Assembly (NCBI GenBank): GCA_902776565.1
Contig: CACYQN010000006.1
Span: 154,709-218,708 of the forward strand
Length of the DNA: 64,000 nt
From: an uncultured Bacteroidia bacterium
GTDB taxonomy: Bacteria > Bacteroidota > Bacteroidia > Bacteroidales > ML635J-15
Direction: 5' to 3'
Below the pieces are notes generated by a model, which saw only the letters and a list, made by a program, of their open reading frames with translations, searched no databases and was not told the origin of the DNA. Position 1 is the stretch's first letter, and every line of letters starts with the position of its first letter. The translations under genes and the position numbers were made by a program. Shown piece after piece: positions 43,601 through 53,332 of the stretch.

Positions 43601-45143
43601 AATTTAACATCCAAGAATATTGCGGACTGTTCACATCCATTGAATTTGCCCAGTAATAGCCAAAAGATACTGCATTATAAACATCACCATCAAGCATATA
43701 ACCTGCATTTGGCAAGAAAATGCCATTGTTGTTTGGACCAGTCACCAAACATCCGCTTATGCCATTCTGAACTGTATATGACATCGTACAACTACTAAAC
43801 AATTCGTTCAATTCTTCCGATGTAGGCAACCGCCAGGTTTCTCCCATATTTACAGTTGCCGCATCGTCCGATGCTTCCAAAAAAGAAAGGTTATCAACAT
43901 ATCCGTTGTTCCCATAAATAGGACTGCTACAATATTTTGTAAGACGATTGCTCTCACCATTACAATATATGTATGTTCCCCAAGAATAAGAATTTTTTGT
44001 TTCTGTTTCGCCCCATGAATAATAATTACCATAATCTTCAGGATTTGCTGCGCCTAAGTTGCACACTGCCCATTTCATACCGCTTGGCAAACCTAAATCT
44101 ACATAACCATAACCATCAACAAATCCAGTTGGCAGACTTGATGCAACATCTGTCGTAAACGACATTACATCACCATAACCAGTTCCAGCCTCATTGACAG
44201 CGTATGCTCTATAATAGTAAGTTGTTGCATCAGACAAACCCTGAATCGTCTTATTAAAACTACTTGATGACGAACTGCTTGCAACATCCTCAGAAAGATT
44301 GTCTATTTCTGTTCCATAAACAAAACCACGCGATATTATAGAAGCCCCACCATCTGAACTTATGCAGCCATACAATTTTGCCTGATTAGTCTGTATCCCC
44401 GATGCCGACAAAGTTTCAACACTCGGTCTGGAATAATGCGTAAACTGCAATATAACTTCCTGACTCATAACAAGCGGTTGCGTAAACCTTTCACTCTCAA
44501 TAGTTTCTCCATCTATATTGGCAAAACCAACATATTCAATGTTATCACCAAGAAAGAATTCATTTTCTGTATAAAATTTTGCCAAGACATCAGCCTTTCC
44601 ACCATACCGTATTCCATCGCCACCACAACTACCAACATTTATCATTCGCACGGAATATGTCTTTGCACCAGCAACTGCCTTCAATATATATGTCTGCGGT
44701 TTCGATGCTGTAATTTCAAACTTATGCGAACCTGCATTCAGAGCAACATTCAATTCCGCACACTGCTTTCCAGCGGCATCAAACAACTGCAACTTGACAT
44801 TCTCATCCTGCAGAACAGAAAAATCCACCGAAGTGTTGCAGTCGAAAGGATTGGGCACATTCTGTTCAAACCCCGCAGCCTTAAATTCATTATCATTCAC
44901 ATTTACAATAGCATTCAATACTATTGTTGTGTCGGGATAAATTATAGTCTCCGACCATCCCCGAGTCAAGTTCGTAAACCTAACGCTATCAAGACGCTGA
45001 TAGAGATTGCCATTAAGTTTCCCAATAAACTTAACCGTCATGTCTTGCGCCGACTGCCCCATCGCCAAAACCGACACTACTATAAACAAAACAAAAAATG
45101 CAATTCTTTTCATAAGCCCATAATATTTATAACTATTCGACAT
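40683..45143 (-). CDS. Very large modular secreted protein: N-proximal T9SS-CTD-like Ig domain, then four Fn3-like plus lectin-like modules, the last a Fibrobacter-succinogenes-major-paralogous (FISUMP) domain
   Basis: Repeated blocks GYVDLGLPSG.LWA.CNVGA...YYAWGETE...WR.PT..E..EL...FLPAAG...SVRPV. The terminal domain has FTDSRDGNTYAMVTIENQTWMAENL...CPSGWHLPSNSEWQQL...GYSVRCV. The start is probably Met 45113 (MKRIAFFVLFIVVSVLAMGQ). Confidence 0.75.
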   Translation of the reverse strand: MSNSYKYYGLMKRIAFFVLFIVVSVLAMGQSAQDMTVKFIGKLNGNLYQRLDSVRFTNLTRGWSETIIYPDTTIVLNAIVNVNDNEFKAAGFEQNVPNPFDCNTSVDFSVLQDENVKLQLFDAAGKQCAELNVALNAGSHKFEITASKPQTYILKAVAGAKTYSVRMINVGSCGGDGIRYGGKADVLAKFYTENEFFLGDNIEYVGFANIDGETIESERFTQPLVMSQEVILQFTHYSRPSVETLSASGIQTNQAKLYGCISSDGGASIISRGFVYGTEIDNLSEDVASSSSSSSFNKTIQGLSDATTYYYRAYAVNEAGTGYGDVMSFTTDVASSLPTGFVDGYGYVDLGLPSGMKWAVCNLGAANPEDYGNYYSWGETETKNSYSWGTYIYCNGESNRLTKYCSSPIYGNNGYVDNLSFLEASDDAATVNMGETWRLPTSEELNELFSSCTMSYTVQNGISGCLVTGPNNNGIFLPNAGYMLDGDVYNAVSFGYYWANSMDVNSPQYSWMLNSNSSNASVDVSDRFKGFTIRPVCMHDPDAQPVAPTVVTGTASNITITGATLSGYISSNGGSQVVSSGFVYGTSQDDLSQSIEGDASMGGYNLTITDLWGDTTYYYKAFATNTEGVCYGEVRSFRTASYSPATGIVDGCGYVDLGLPSGTLWATCNVGANNPDDFGNYYAWAETETKELYTIDTYRYYTNLTSYSSGFTKYCTEPSYGSLGFTDNKIILDLQDDAATVNMGANWRTPTPFEYNELRNNCTIEYTTQNGVNGALYTGPNGNSIFLPAAGRRLGTNLYNANDIGHYWLDFLSYVRSDEASDVYFNRGTCEDNYSEGRSFRYYGYSVRPVCKSLRSSQESYVPTVLTVSSSGVTAMGAVINGYVVADGGADVTSRGFVYGTSGGSLNRTIECGEETGEFAKQLENLSPSTTYYYKAYAVNSEGTAYGDVKSFTTSEQGQIAGYANGYGYVDLGLPSGTLWATRNVGAISETGYGDFYAWGETEPKETYSADSYIYSYGSSESYTKYSVESQYGYQGFVDSLITLEPMDDAATVHWGAYWRMPSSEEKEELRENCSMVFVSRNGVAGTLITGPNGNSIFMPAAGFWSNNHYCEEGTTCAYWCNSLCFQFGHYTNSYAGSTLFRYDNFPSSCAGRSLGYTVRPVRAFPQGSQTTEIPSVQTMSVSNVMVNNATLNGNVVAEGMDLLSLGFVYGTSENNLSCIIECAIVDGDYTATLVGLSSGTTYYYKAFATNSAGTAYGAVMSFETAQQDGPEISYFTDSRDGNTYAMVTIENQTWMAENLRYADGIDVGLSSSTTVARRFYPDNVSSNVSIYGYLYNWPAAMNGENSSAENPSGVQGICPSGWHLPSNSEWQQLCDALGGNNLDVHYNNPGSQLAGHAELWDDGFLDRAENFGVTGFNALPAGGYSPSDGGYCFGFDGCVYFWTSTELEESANHVRVWGMNCGSTSFGNNYYTKNWGYSVRCVLNE

Positions 45144-45249
45144 AATTTACATATACATTGAGTTACAAATATAATCATTTTGGATAAGATGACAATTATT
45201 TTTTGCAAAAAAAATAGCGGCACAACGCATTGCATGTTACGTTCCCTTG

Positions 45250-45300
45250 CTTCAAAGGGTTTTAGGTGTTTGATGTGGTTTGAAATGGTTTATGATGGTT
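45250..45300. repeat. G/T-rich degenerate word array
   Basis: GGTTTTAGGTGTTTGATGTGGTTTGAAATGGTTTATGATGGTTTAAAATT. Confidence 0.65.
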
Positions 45301-45306
45301 TAAAAT

Positions 45307-45336
45307 TGTAGAGACGTTGCGCGCAACGTCTCTACA
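45307..45336. repeat. Perfect 30-nt palindrome TGTAGAGACGTTGCGCGCAACGTCTCTACA, about 45 nt downstream of the secA stop
   Basis: Perfect self-complementarity checked by hand. On the minus strand it is followed by AATTTTAAA, so it may act as the secA terminator. Confidence 0.8.
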
Positions 45337-45380
45337 AATTATCCATTATACATTATCAATTATCAATTGTTAATTGCCAA

Positions 45381-48300
45381 TTATTCATTCTCTCCCATCA
45401 TTGCACCGTGGCAATTCTTGAACTTCTTGCCGCTACCGCAAGGACACGGGTCGTTTCTGCCGACCTTCTTTTCAACACGGACAGGTTCGTTCTTTGGCTT
45501 GCCTGCGCTCGGGTCGTTGTACTGCGGACGGTTGCCTCCGATTTCCTCACGGCCTGTACGCATACGGCTGGTATCCAACCTCTGGCGAGGCTGATGTGCC
45601 TCCTTCACATCGTCAGGATTCGACATCGGGATGTATGCCTTCATCAAGATGGAAATGATTGAACGGTTGGTCTTGTCGAGCATTTCCTTGAAAATGTTGT
45701 ACGACTCGAGCTTGTAAATCAGCAACGGGTCTTTCTGCTCGTACGAAGCGGCACGAACCGACTGACGCAAATCGTCCATCTCGCGCAGATGCTCCTTCCA
45801 CGACTCGTCGATGTTGCGGAGAACTGCAGTCTTGTCGTAAGCGTGAACAATCTCCTCGCCCTTTGTCTGATATGCTTTTTCCAAGTTCACGACAACATTG
45901 TACTGCTTTACGCCATCGGTAATCGGAACGATGATGTTGGTGTACATATTGCCCTTGTTCTCGTAAACATACTTGATTGTCGGATAAGCCTGCTCGGCAA
46001 TCTGCTGAGCCTTGCGCTTGTGAGTTTCGCGGAGGTTTTCGTACAGATAGTCAACAAGTTCGTTGCGCGACATATTGTCGTACTTCTGCTCTTCAAGGTC
46101 AATATCGATTGCCAAAGTCTTGAAAACCTCGAACTTGAACTCGTCGTATGTATAACTTCCGTAGCATTCGTCAACCAACGAAACGCACACATCGTTCATC
46201 ATGTTTGCAATGTCGGCGCCAAGACGCTCGCCATCGAGGGCATTGCGACGCTTCTTGTATATTACGGTACGCTGTGCATTCATAACATCATCGTACTCAA
46301 GCAAATGCTTACGAATACCGAAGTTGTTCTCCTCGACTTTCTTCTGTGCTCGCTCAATAGACTTCGAAATCATCGAGTGCTGAATAGCCTCGCCTTCCTG
46401 ATGTCCCATCTTGTCCATAATGGCTGCAATTCTGTCGGAACCGAACAGACGCATAAGGTTATCTTCGAGCGAAACAAAGAACTGTGACGAACCCGGGTCA
46501 CCCTGACGACCTGCACGACCACGCAACTGGCGGTCAACACGACGGCTTTCGTGACGCTCGGTACCGATGATAGCCAGACCGCCAGCAGCACGCACTTCTG
46601 GCGACAACTTAATATCGGTACCACGACCTGCCATGTTGGTAGCAATGGTTACCGTACTCGACTGACCAGCCTCGGCAACAATGTCGGCCTCGCGCTTGTG
46701 CAACTTAGCATTCAACACATTGTGCTTTATGCCCTTACGGGTAAGAATCTTGCTCAGCAACTCGGAAACCTCGACCGAAGTAGTACCGACAAGCACCGGA
46801 CGGCCAATCTTAACCAAACGTTCGATTTCGTCAATTACGGCTGCATATTTTTCCTTTGTGGTCTTATAGATAAGGTCTTCGTAGTCGTTACGGATAACGG
46901 GCTTGTTGGTCGGAATTGTAACAACATCCAACTTGTAGATGTCCCAGAATTCGCCAGCCTCGGTCTCTGCTGTACCAGTCATACCCGATAGCTTGTGGTA
47001 CATCCTGAAATAGTTCTGCAAGGTAATTGTTGCGTAGGTCTGGGTTGCAGCCTCGACCTTTACATTTTCCTTCGATTCAACTGCCTGATGCAAACCGTCG
47101 GACCAACGGCGACCTTCCATGATACGGCCAGTCTGCTCGTCAACAATCTTAACCTTGTTGTCGATAATCACATAATCCACATCTTTCTCAAACATTGTGT
47201 ATGCCTTAAGCAACTGGTTTATAGTGTGGATACGTTCCGACTTTATTGAATAGTCGCGAATAATCTCGTCCTTTTTCTGCAATTTCTCCGGTGTAGGAAG
47301 ATTTTCCTTTTCAAGGTCGGCAAGAGATACGCCGATGTCGGGCATAACGAAGAAATTGGGGTCTGATGTAGAATTTGCCAGCAGGTCGAAGCCCTTGTCG
47401 GTAAGGTCAACCGAATTGAGTTTTTCCTCGATAACGAAATACAAGTCATCGGTTGCAAGGTGCATCATCTTGTTGTTGTCCTGCATGTAGAAGTTTTCGG
47501 TCTTCTGCAACAAAGCCTTCATACCCTGTTCCGAAAGGAACTTGATGAGAGCCTTGTTCTTCGGCAATGCCTTGTAAGCCTGCAACAACTTGAAACCACC
47601 GTCTTTCTGGTTGCCTTCGGCGATAAGTTTTTTGGCATCGTTGAAAATCTTGTTGAACAAGTCCTTCTGTGCGGCAACAAGTTGCTGAACCTGAGGCTTC
47701 AAGTCATCGAAAAGCTGGTCGTCGCCCTTGGGCGTAGGACCAGAAATAATCAACGGCGTACGGGCATCATCGATAAGCACCGAGTCGACCTCGTCAACAA
47801 TCGCATAGTTGTGCTTGCGCTGAACCAAATCGGATGGCGAAAGTGCCATGTTGTCACGCAAATAGTCGAAACCGAACTCGTTGTTTGTTCCGAAAGTAAT
47901 ATCCGAAGCGTAAGCCTTACGACGTGCATCGCTGTTAGGTTCGTGCTTGTCGATGCAATCAACCGATAGTCCGTGGAACATATACAGCGGCCCCATCCAC
48001 TCGGAGTCACGTTTTGCAAGGTAGTCGTTCACGGTTACAACATGTACTCCCCTACCCGTCAATGCGTTGAGGAATACAGGCAAGGTTGCCACGAGGGTTT
48101 TACCTTCACCAGTTGCCATTTCGGCGATTTTTCCCTGATGCAAAACTATACCGCCGATGAGCTGCACATTGTAGTGAACCATATCCCACGTAACAGTGTT
48201 ACCACCGGCAACCCACGAATTTTTCCAGATGGCCATATCGTGGTCGATAGTTACAAAGTCGTTGGATGCGGCAAGGTCGCGGTCGAAATCGGTAGCAGTC

Positions 48301-48686
48301 ACCACCACCTCGGCATTTTCCTTGAAACGGCGGGCTGTTTCCTTCAGTATTGCAAACGCCTGCGGGAGAATTGTAAGCAGGTGCTCCTCGATTTTCTTGT
48401 CGATTTTTTCCTCTATCTTGTCAACCTCGTTGAACACATCTTCGCGTTCCCAGATGTCGAGGTTCTGTGCCTTTTCCTTCAGTTCGGCAATCTTATTTTC
48501 CTCGTCCTTGATATGTTCGTGAATACCTTTGCGAAGTTCCTGAGTACGGTTTCTCAGTTCATCGTTCGTCAAAGCGAGAAATTCGTCTTCGAGCGCAAGT
48601 ACTTCGTTAAGTATCGGTGTCAGTGCCTTCAAGTCACGTTCCGACTTGGTACCGAACATCTTAGACAAAAAACTAATTATACCCAT
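45381..48686 (-). CDS. secA: Preprotein translocase ATPase SecA
   Basis: [33 protein letters not shown], the C-terminal zinc motif [14 protein letters not shown]. Start moved to ATG 48686 ([20 protein letters not shown]). Confidence 0.95.
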   Translation of the reverse strand: MGIISFLSKMFGTKSERDLKALTPILNEVLALEDEFLALTNDELRNRTQELRKGIHEHIKDEENKIAELKEKAQNLDIWEREDVFNEVDKIEEKIDKKIEEHLLTILPQAFAILKETARRFKENAEVVVTATDFDRDLAASNDFVTIDHDMAIWKNSWVAGGNTVTWDMVHYNVQLIGGIVLHQGKIAEMATGEGKTLVATLPVFLNALTGRGVHVVTVNDYLAKRDSEWMGPLYMFHGLSVDCIDKHEPNSDARRKAYASDITFGTNNEFGFDYLRDNMALSPSDLVQRKHNYAIVDEVDSVLIDDARTPLIISGPTPKGDDQLFDDLKPQVQQLVAAQKDLFNKIFNDAKKLIAEGNQKDGGFKLLQAYKALPKNKALIKFLSEQGMKALLQKTENFYMQDNNKMMHLATDDLYFVIEEKLNSVDLTDKGFDLLANSTSDPNFFVMPDIGVSLADLEKENLPTPEKLQKKDEIIRDYSIKSERIHTINQLLKAYTMFEKDVDYVIIDNKVKIVDEQTGRIMEGRRWSDGLHQAVESKENVKVEAATQTYATITLQNYFRMYHKLSGMTGTAETEAGEFWDIYKLDVVTIPTNKPVIRNDYEDLIYKTTKEKYAAVIDEIERLVKIGRPVLVGTTSVEVSELLSKILTRKGIKHNVLNAKLHKREADIVAEAGQSSTVTIATNMAGRGTDIKLSPEVRAAGGLAIIGTERHESRRVDRQLRGRAGRQGDPGSSQFFVSLEDNLMRLFGSDRIAAIMDKMGHQEGEAIQHSMISKSIERAQKKVEENNFGIRKHLLEYDDVMNAQRTVIYKKRRNALDGERLGADIANMMNDVCVSLVDECYGSYTYDEFKFEVFKTLAIDIDLEEQKYDNMSRNELVDYLYENLRETHKRKAQQIAEQAYPTIKYVYENKGNMYTNIIVPITDGVKQYNVVVNLEKAYQTKGEEIVHAYDKTAVLRNIDESWKEHLREMDDLRQSVRAASYEQKDPLLIYKLESYNIFKEMLDKTNRSIISILMKAYIPMSNPDDVKEAHQPRQRLDTSRMRTGREEIGGNRPQYNDPSAGKPKNEPVRVEKKVGRNDPCPCGSGKKFKNCHGAMMGENE

Positions 48687-48797
48687 ATTTTGTTCTTTAA
48701 ATTTTTTAAGGTGCAAAGTTACCACTTTTATGTGAATTATGTTGTTTTTTTTTGATGGGGCTGATAAAATTTGAAAATCAACGCACAAGCGGAATTG

Positions 48798-49949
48798 TTA
48801 AAAATTTCCCCTTATCCATTCGGCAAAGAAATAATCGTAAACTCTATAAGCTCCATTTTCTTGAGTAATAATATCTTCATTGAGCAAAGCCTTTGCCGCA
48901 ACTTGTATCGAACTAGCCGACAACAGCCTATGCTTTTTTATAAATGCGCCCGAAGTAATAGACTTTGCATCTCCATCCTTCGCAATCGCAAGTAACAACT
49001 GCTTTTGCTTTGCAGGAATCCTATCCATAAGTTCCCGAAAAGCCATATCTTGACTGCCAACCACATTTGCAAAAGCATATTCAATCTTGTCAACATCACA
49101 TTTTTCACCCCGTGGCGTAAGCGCAAACAACTCATTCATCATCATCTGCACATACCACGATGTACCATCAAACATATTGTAAACCTTTTCAACAACATCA
49201 TCCGAAACCAATTTGTCACAAACCCTAAACTTTTCCTGGGCGAATTTCAGATACGACTGATAAGGAATTGGTGTCAACCCCATAGTCAACACACTCTGAT
49301 AGAATGGTTTAGTTGCCGACATAAACATCTTTGCCATAAGATGCCTCTTGCTTCCCGCGAATATGAACTGTGCATTCTTGCAATGCTGAATCTTTGTACG
49401 AAGCAAAGCCTCCACCCTTTCTCCGTCGGGATAATTTGCAATCTGCTGGAATTCATCAAATGCAATCACACAAGGCTTGTCGGCAGAATCTATGTACTCA
49501 AAAATCTCGTCAAGGGTAACATCTGGCGAAGACACATCACCAAGGCTAAGGTCGAATGATGGCAAAGCCGTTGCAGAATCGAAAGAAAAACCCACCTTCA
49601 ACGAACGCACAATCCTAAAAAATTGCTCCCTAAACTTTTTATTCCGCGTTTTCAACTGCTCGAAAATTCCCTTGCCTAGAATGTAGATGAACTCGGCAAA
49701 CGAACGAGTCCCATAAATGTCAATAAAAAAGGTGTAATATCTTGATTCTATTTGTTTCCGACTGAACGTATGCTCAATAAGTCCAGACTTTCCTATGCGT
49801 CGTTGCGATATAAGCGCAACATTCCTTCCATTTTCGATATGCTTTATCAAAGTTTTTGTTTCCTCCAAACGGTCACAAAAATACTCATCAGAAATATATT
49901 TCCCGACAACAAAAGGATTATCAATCAATATTTTAGATTCCATTTTCAT
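48798..49949 (-). CDS. AAA+ ATPase (archaeal-type ATPase domain), second paralog in the window
   Basis: FVVGKYISDEYFCDRLEETKTLIKHIENGRNVALISQRRIGKSGLI (Walker A), VIAFDEFQQI (Walker B). The start is Met 49949 or 49943. Confidence 0.7.
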   Translation of the reverse strand: MKMESKILIDNPFVVGKYISDEYFCDRLEETKTLIKHIENGRNVALISQRRIGKSGLIEHTFSRKQIESRYYTFFIDIYGTRSFAEFIYILGKGIFEQLKTRNKKFREQFFRIVRSLKVGFSFDSATALPSFDLSLGDVSSPDVTLDEIFEYIDSADKPCVIAFDEFQQIANYPDGERVEALLRTKIQHCKNAQFIFAGSKRHLMAKMFMSATKPFYQSVLTMGLTPIPYQSYLKFAQEKFRVCDKLVSDDVVEKVYNMFDGTSWYVQMMMNELFALTPRGEKCDVDKIEYAFANVVGSQDMAFRELMDRIPAKQKQLLLAIAKDGDAKSITSGAFIKKHRLLSASSIQVAAKALLNEDIITQENGAYRVYDYFFAEWIRGNF

Positions 49950-49955
49950 AAAATT

Positions 49956-49984
49956 ATTGTATTTACAATTATTGTGTTTACAAT
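49956..49984. promoter_or_regulatory. Two tandem 14-bp palindromes ATTGT-N4-ACAAT in the leader of the second ATPase gene (candidate operator)
   Basis: ATTGTATTTACAAT (49956-49969) and ATTGTGTTTACAAT (49971-49984), separated by 1 nt, lie immediately upstream of the start codon. Confidence 0.4.
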
Positions 49985-50216
49985 AAAATGCAAGTTTAGT
50001 ATTTTTTTCGCACATACAAGAATTATTCTATTTTTTTCACCAAAAATCTTTATAAATATTTACCATAATAAAAAAAGCCAAATTTCCGACTTGCCATTAT
50101 CTTTCAAAAGCATTATTTTCGCACCTTGAAAATAAATTTAAGTTTGTTCCGTTTTCTAGATTGCAAGATTGGGAAACACTTTGATAAAAGGTATTAACAC
50201 ATTGACTACTAGCCAG

Positions 50217-52682
50217 ATGAAACACATCGTATTGTCAGCAGCCATGATTCTTGTGACAGCCGTATGCCTGTCGCAGAATATTTCTGGCATCGTAAACGAC
50301 CGCGATGGAAAACATCTTAACGGAGCAAAAGTGATGATTGGCGGCTCCACACAAAGCGGAACTACCGATGCAAACGGCGAATTTTTCGTCAAGTGCAAGA
50401 AAGGAAACCAAAGAATTGTCATCAGTATCGACGGATACGAACCTTACGACGAGAAAATAATAGTCGGCAACGGCGGAACCGACCTCGGCACCATAACACT
50501 TTCGCCCGAATACGAGCAAACAGACAGCATACACGTTCTGGAAAAACTTTCGGAACAACGCACTCCCATGACCTACAGCATATACGACCATAACTACATA
50601 ACCGAGAGAAACATAGTCCGCGAAATTCCTTACATCCTCGAACACACACCGTCGTTTGTCGCACTTTCGGAAGGCGGAGCTGGCATAGGATTCACAGATT
50701 TCCGCATACGCGGGATGAACAGCAACACTACAAACGTGACTATCAACGGAATACCGCTTATTGATGCAGAATCGCGACAGACATTGTGGCACCACCTGCC
50801 CGACTTTGCAAGTTCGGTCGGACAGATAAAAATAACACGAGGAACAGGCTCGTCAACCTGCGGAACCTACGCATACGGCTCAAGCATCGACATAACAACC
50901 GAATCGCCAAGCACAAAACCATACGGCGACCTGACAATAAACGGAGGCTCGTTCAACACAATAAAGGCAAGCATATCGGCAGGCACCGGCATCATGAAAA
51001 ACGGCTTCTCAATAGACCTACGAATGGCTAAAATACTGAGCGACGGCTACATCGACAGAGCCGACATAAACCATAATGCCATAATGCTAAGCGCAACATG
51101 GCGCGGAAAAAACAATTCCCTGAACGCAAACATCATCTACGGCAACCAGAAATCCAAGATTACAATGTGGGGATGCCCTGCCCAATACATAGGCTACAAC
51201 AGAAGATACAACTCGAGCGGAGAATACTTCGATGCCATTGGTCGCAAAGAATACTACGAAAACGAAGAAGAAAAAAGCACCCAGGCACACGTACAGCTTA
51301 TATATGCTCAAAAAATATGGAGCAACGTCGAACTGAACTTCAAGTTGCACTACAACCACGACGACGGCTACTTCGAGGAATTCAAGAACGCACAACCGTT
51401 TTCAAACTACGGGCTTCCAAACATCGTACTGCCAGTTGTAGTATCGGGCAACGGAACAACAATATCCACAACCACGACAATCTTCCGCACCGACTTGACC
51501 AGACGCAGAATGGCGACAAAAAATTACTACGGCGGCATAATCACAGCAACCCACAAGATTGGAAATTTCGTCAACACATTCGGCGGCTCCGTCAACAAAA
51601 TGTCGGGGCAATACTACGGAATACTGACCTGGATGCAATATGCAGGCAACATAGAGAAAGACCGCGAATGGTACAAAAACCTAAGCGAAAAGACCGAATA
51701 CAACGCATACTACAAGGCCGGATACACGTTTTTCGACAAGCTTACACTATACGCCGACCTGCAATACAGGATTATAAACCAGGAAATGAACGGCAACGAC
51801 TGCGACCTTATGCCCGACAGAAACATGAAAACACTTGACGAAGACCTCGACTACAACTTTTTCTGTCCAAAAGGTGGAATAAACTACGAAATAACGCCCA
51901 ACATGAGATTGTACGCCTCCATCGCACATACCAGCAGGGAACCGTCGCGCAACGACATAAAGGAAGCCGTAGGTGACAAAAACAGAACTATCGACTCAGA
52001 ATCGCTTAACGACTTTGAACTCGGCTATTCCTATAAATCGGACATATTCTCTGGCGAACTTAACTTTTACTACATGGACTTCACAAACGAAATTGTGCCC
52101 ACAGGCAAATTTTCGCAAAACGGATACAGCATAATGGCCAACGTTGACAAAAGCTATCGTACTGGCATTGAGATACAAGCACTTGTAAGGCCTCTCAAAA
52201 AATTAAGCATCGAAGCCAATGCAACGTTCAGCCGAAACAGAATCAGGGATTATGTATATTGGGCAGAAACTTACGACGACAACCTGAACCTAAGCATAGA
52301 AGAATATCACACAGGAGAAACGAACACTGCATTTTCGCCAGAAATAATTGCGGCAGGAAACATCAACTACAACATTTTCGGCAACTTCAACGTGTACTAC
52401 AATGTAAAATTCGTCGGCAAACAGTACACCGACAATACCTCGAGTAGCGACAGGATGCTGAAACCATACTGCATAAACAGCATTGGCTTCGACTACACGG
52501 TTATCAGCAAATATGTTAAGGCTCTGCGCTTCCGTTTCGAGGTAAACAACCTGTTCAACACCATGTACAGCGACAATGCCTACGGTGAAATTTGGTACGA
52601 ACGAGGCATACAGTATTCGGGTATGAACTACTTCCCACAGGCAGGCATAACATTCATGGGCGGTGTTACAATATCGTTCTAA
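50217..52682 (+). CDS. TonB-dependent outer-membrane receptor with CarboxypepD_reg-like N-terminal domain
   Basis: ISGIVNDRDGKHLNGAKVMI (carboxypeptidase-regulatory-like), a plug region and a long beta-barrel with terminal ...GGVTISF. Start moved to ATG 50217 (signal peptide). Confidence 0.85.
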   Translation: MKHIVLSAAMILVTAVCLSQNISGIVNDRDGKHLNGAKVMIGGSTQSGTTDANGEFFVKCKKGNQRIVISIDGYEPYDEKIIVGNGGTDLGTITLSPEYEQTDSIHVLEKLSEQRTPMTYSIYDHNYITERNIVREIPYILEHTPSFVALSEGGAGIGFTDFRIRGMNSNTTNVTINGIPLIDAESRQTLWHHLPDFASSVGQIKITRGTGSSTCGTYAYGSSIDITTESPSTKPYGDLTINGGSFNTIKASISAGTGIMKNGFSIDLRMAKILSDGYIDRADINHNAIMLSATWRGKNNSLNANIIYGNQKSKITMWGCPAQYIGYNRRYNSSGEYFDAIGRKEYYENEEEKSTQAHVQLIYAQKIWSNVELNFKLHYNHDDGYFEEFKNAQPFSNYGLPNIVLPVVVSGNGTTISTTTTIFRTDLTRRRMATKNYYGGIITATHKIGNFVNTFGGSVNKMSGQYYGILTWMQYAGNIEKDREWYKNLSEKTEYNAYYKAGYTFFDKLTLYADLQYRIINQEMNGNDCDLMPDRNMKTLDEDLDYNFFCPKGGINYEITPNMRLYASIAHTSREPSRNDIKEAVGDKNRTIDSESLNDFELGYSYKSDIFSGELNFYYMDFTNEIVPTGKFSQNGYSIMANVDKSYRTGIEIQALVRPLKKLSIEANATFSRNRIRDYVYWAETYDDNLNLSIEEYHTGETNTAFSPEIIAAGNINYNIFGNFNVYYNVKFVGKQYTDNTSSSDRMLKPYCINSIGFDYTVISKYVKALRFRFEVNNLFNTMYSDNAYGEIWYERGIQYSGMNYFPQAGITFMGGVTISF

Positions 52683-52694
52683 AAAAAAAGAATA

Positions 52695-52761
52695 CGACCT
52701 CTCTGAGGTCGCTTTAATCGTGCGATAAACTTTCTATAAATATCCGACCTCTCCGAGGTCG
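52695..52761 (+). repeat. Left compound terminal inverted repeat (two hairpins CGACCTCTCTGAGGTCG and CGACCTCTCCGAGGTCG)
   Basis: The reverse complement recurs in mirrored order at 53333-53395, and the flanking CTATAAATAT / ATATCTATAG also match. Confidence 0.75.
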
Positions 52762-53024
52762 TTAAGTTCATCCAAATACAAGTCCACACATTTTGTTGTA
52801 CCATGTAAAAATCTGACACAGTGCATTTTTCACTAATTTGCAGAATCTTTAGCAGACAACAATAATAAAACAATTGACAATAATTCACATTTTTAATTTT
52901 TTGTATTCAAATCGTCACAGCCAATATTCCGTTCTACCTCTCTGTATATTAGCAAATTATAAGTGTAGATTATAAAAACATTGGGAACTGTATACAAGTT
53001 GACTAAAGAATGTACTACAGACAT

Positions 53025-53233
53025 GTCATTCCGCAAGTTAGAACAATAACGCGATACGAAACGGGGAGCGTAATATTGTTCAACTGTGCGGAATCTCCAA
53101 ATGAAAACGTTTTTATAGGAGATTGGCTGCGCCGAGCTAAAGGTGCCGCATAAACGAACTCACAAGCAACGTGCCTTATGCTGTTCGTTCTGTTTTACGG
53201 ACCCTTTAGTGCACGAAGCTTGCGAGTAATGAC
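53025..53233. ncRNA. Conserved four-way-junction structured element, copy 2 (circularly permuted relative to copy 1)
   Basis: GTCATT(53025-30)...AATGAC(53228-33) is the closing stem. Arm A runs 53031-53091 with loop GATACGAAACGGGGA. Hairpin AATCTCC(53092-98)/GGAGATT(53118-24). Arm B runs 53146-53200. Confidence 0.45.
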
Positions 53234-53332
53234 TCAGAGGGCATAGGAAAAAAGCACATTGTGTCAACACGTATATAGTTTCCAAAACATTTGCCTATTA
53301 GTAGAATCATTTGGTATTGTCTATGAAAAACA

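Noticed and set aside
52905-52922. ORF6N-like fragment near copy 2 (ATTCAAATCGT shared with 26050-26060 in reverse complement)
   Set aside because: Only an 11-13-nt match with no extended similarity. A chance match of this size between two ~500-bp regions is not negligible, and the orientation relative to the element is opposite to that at copy 1.
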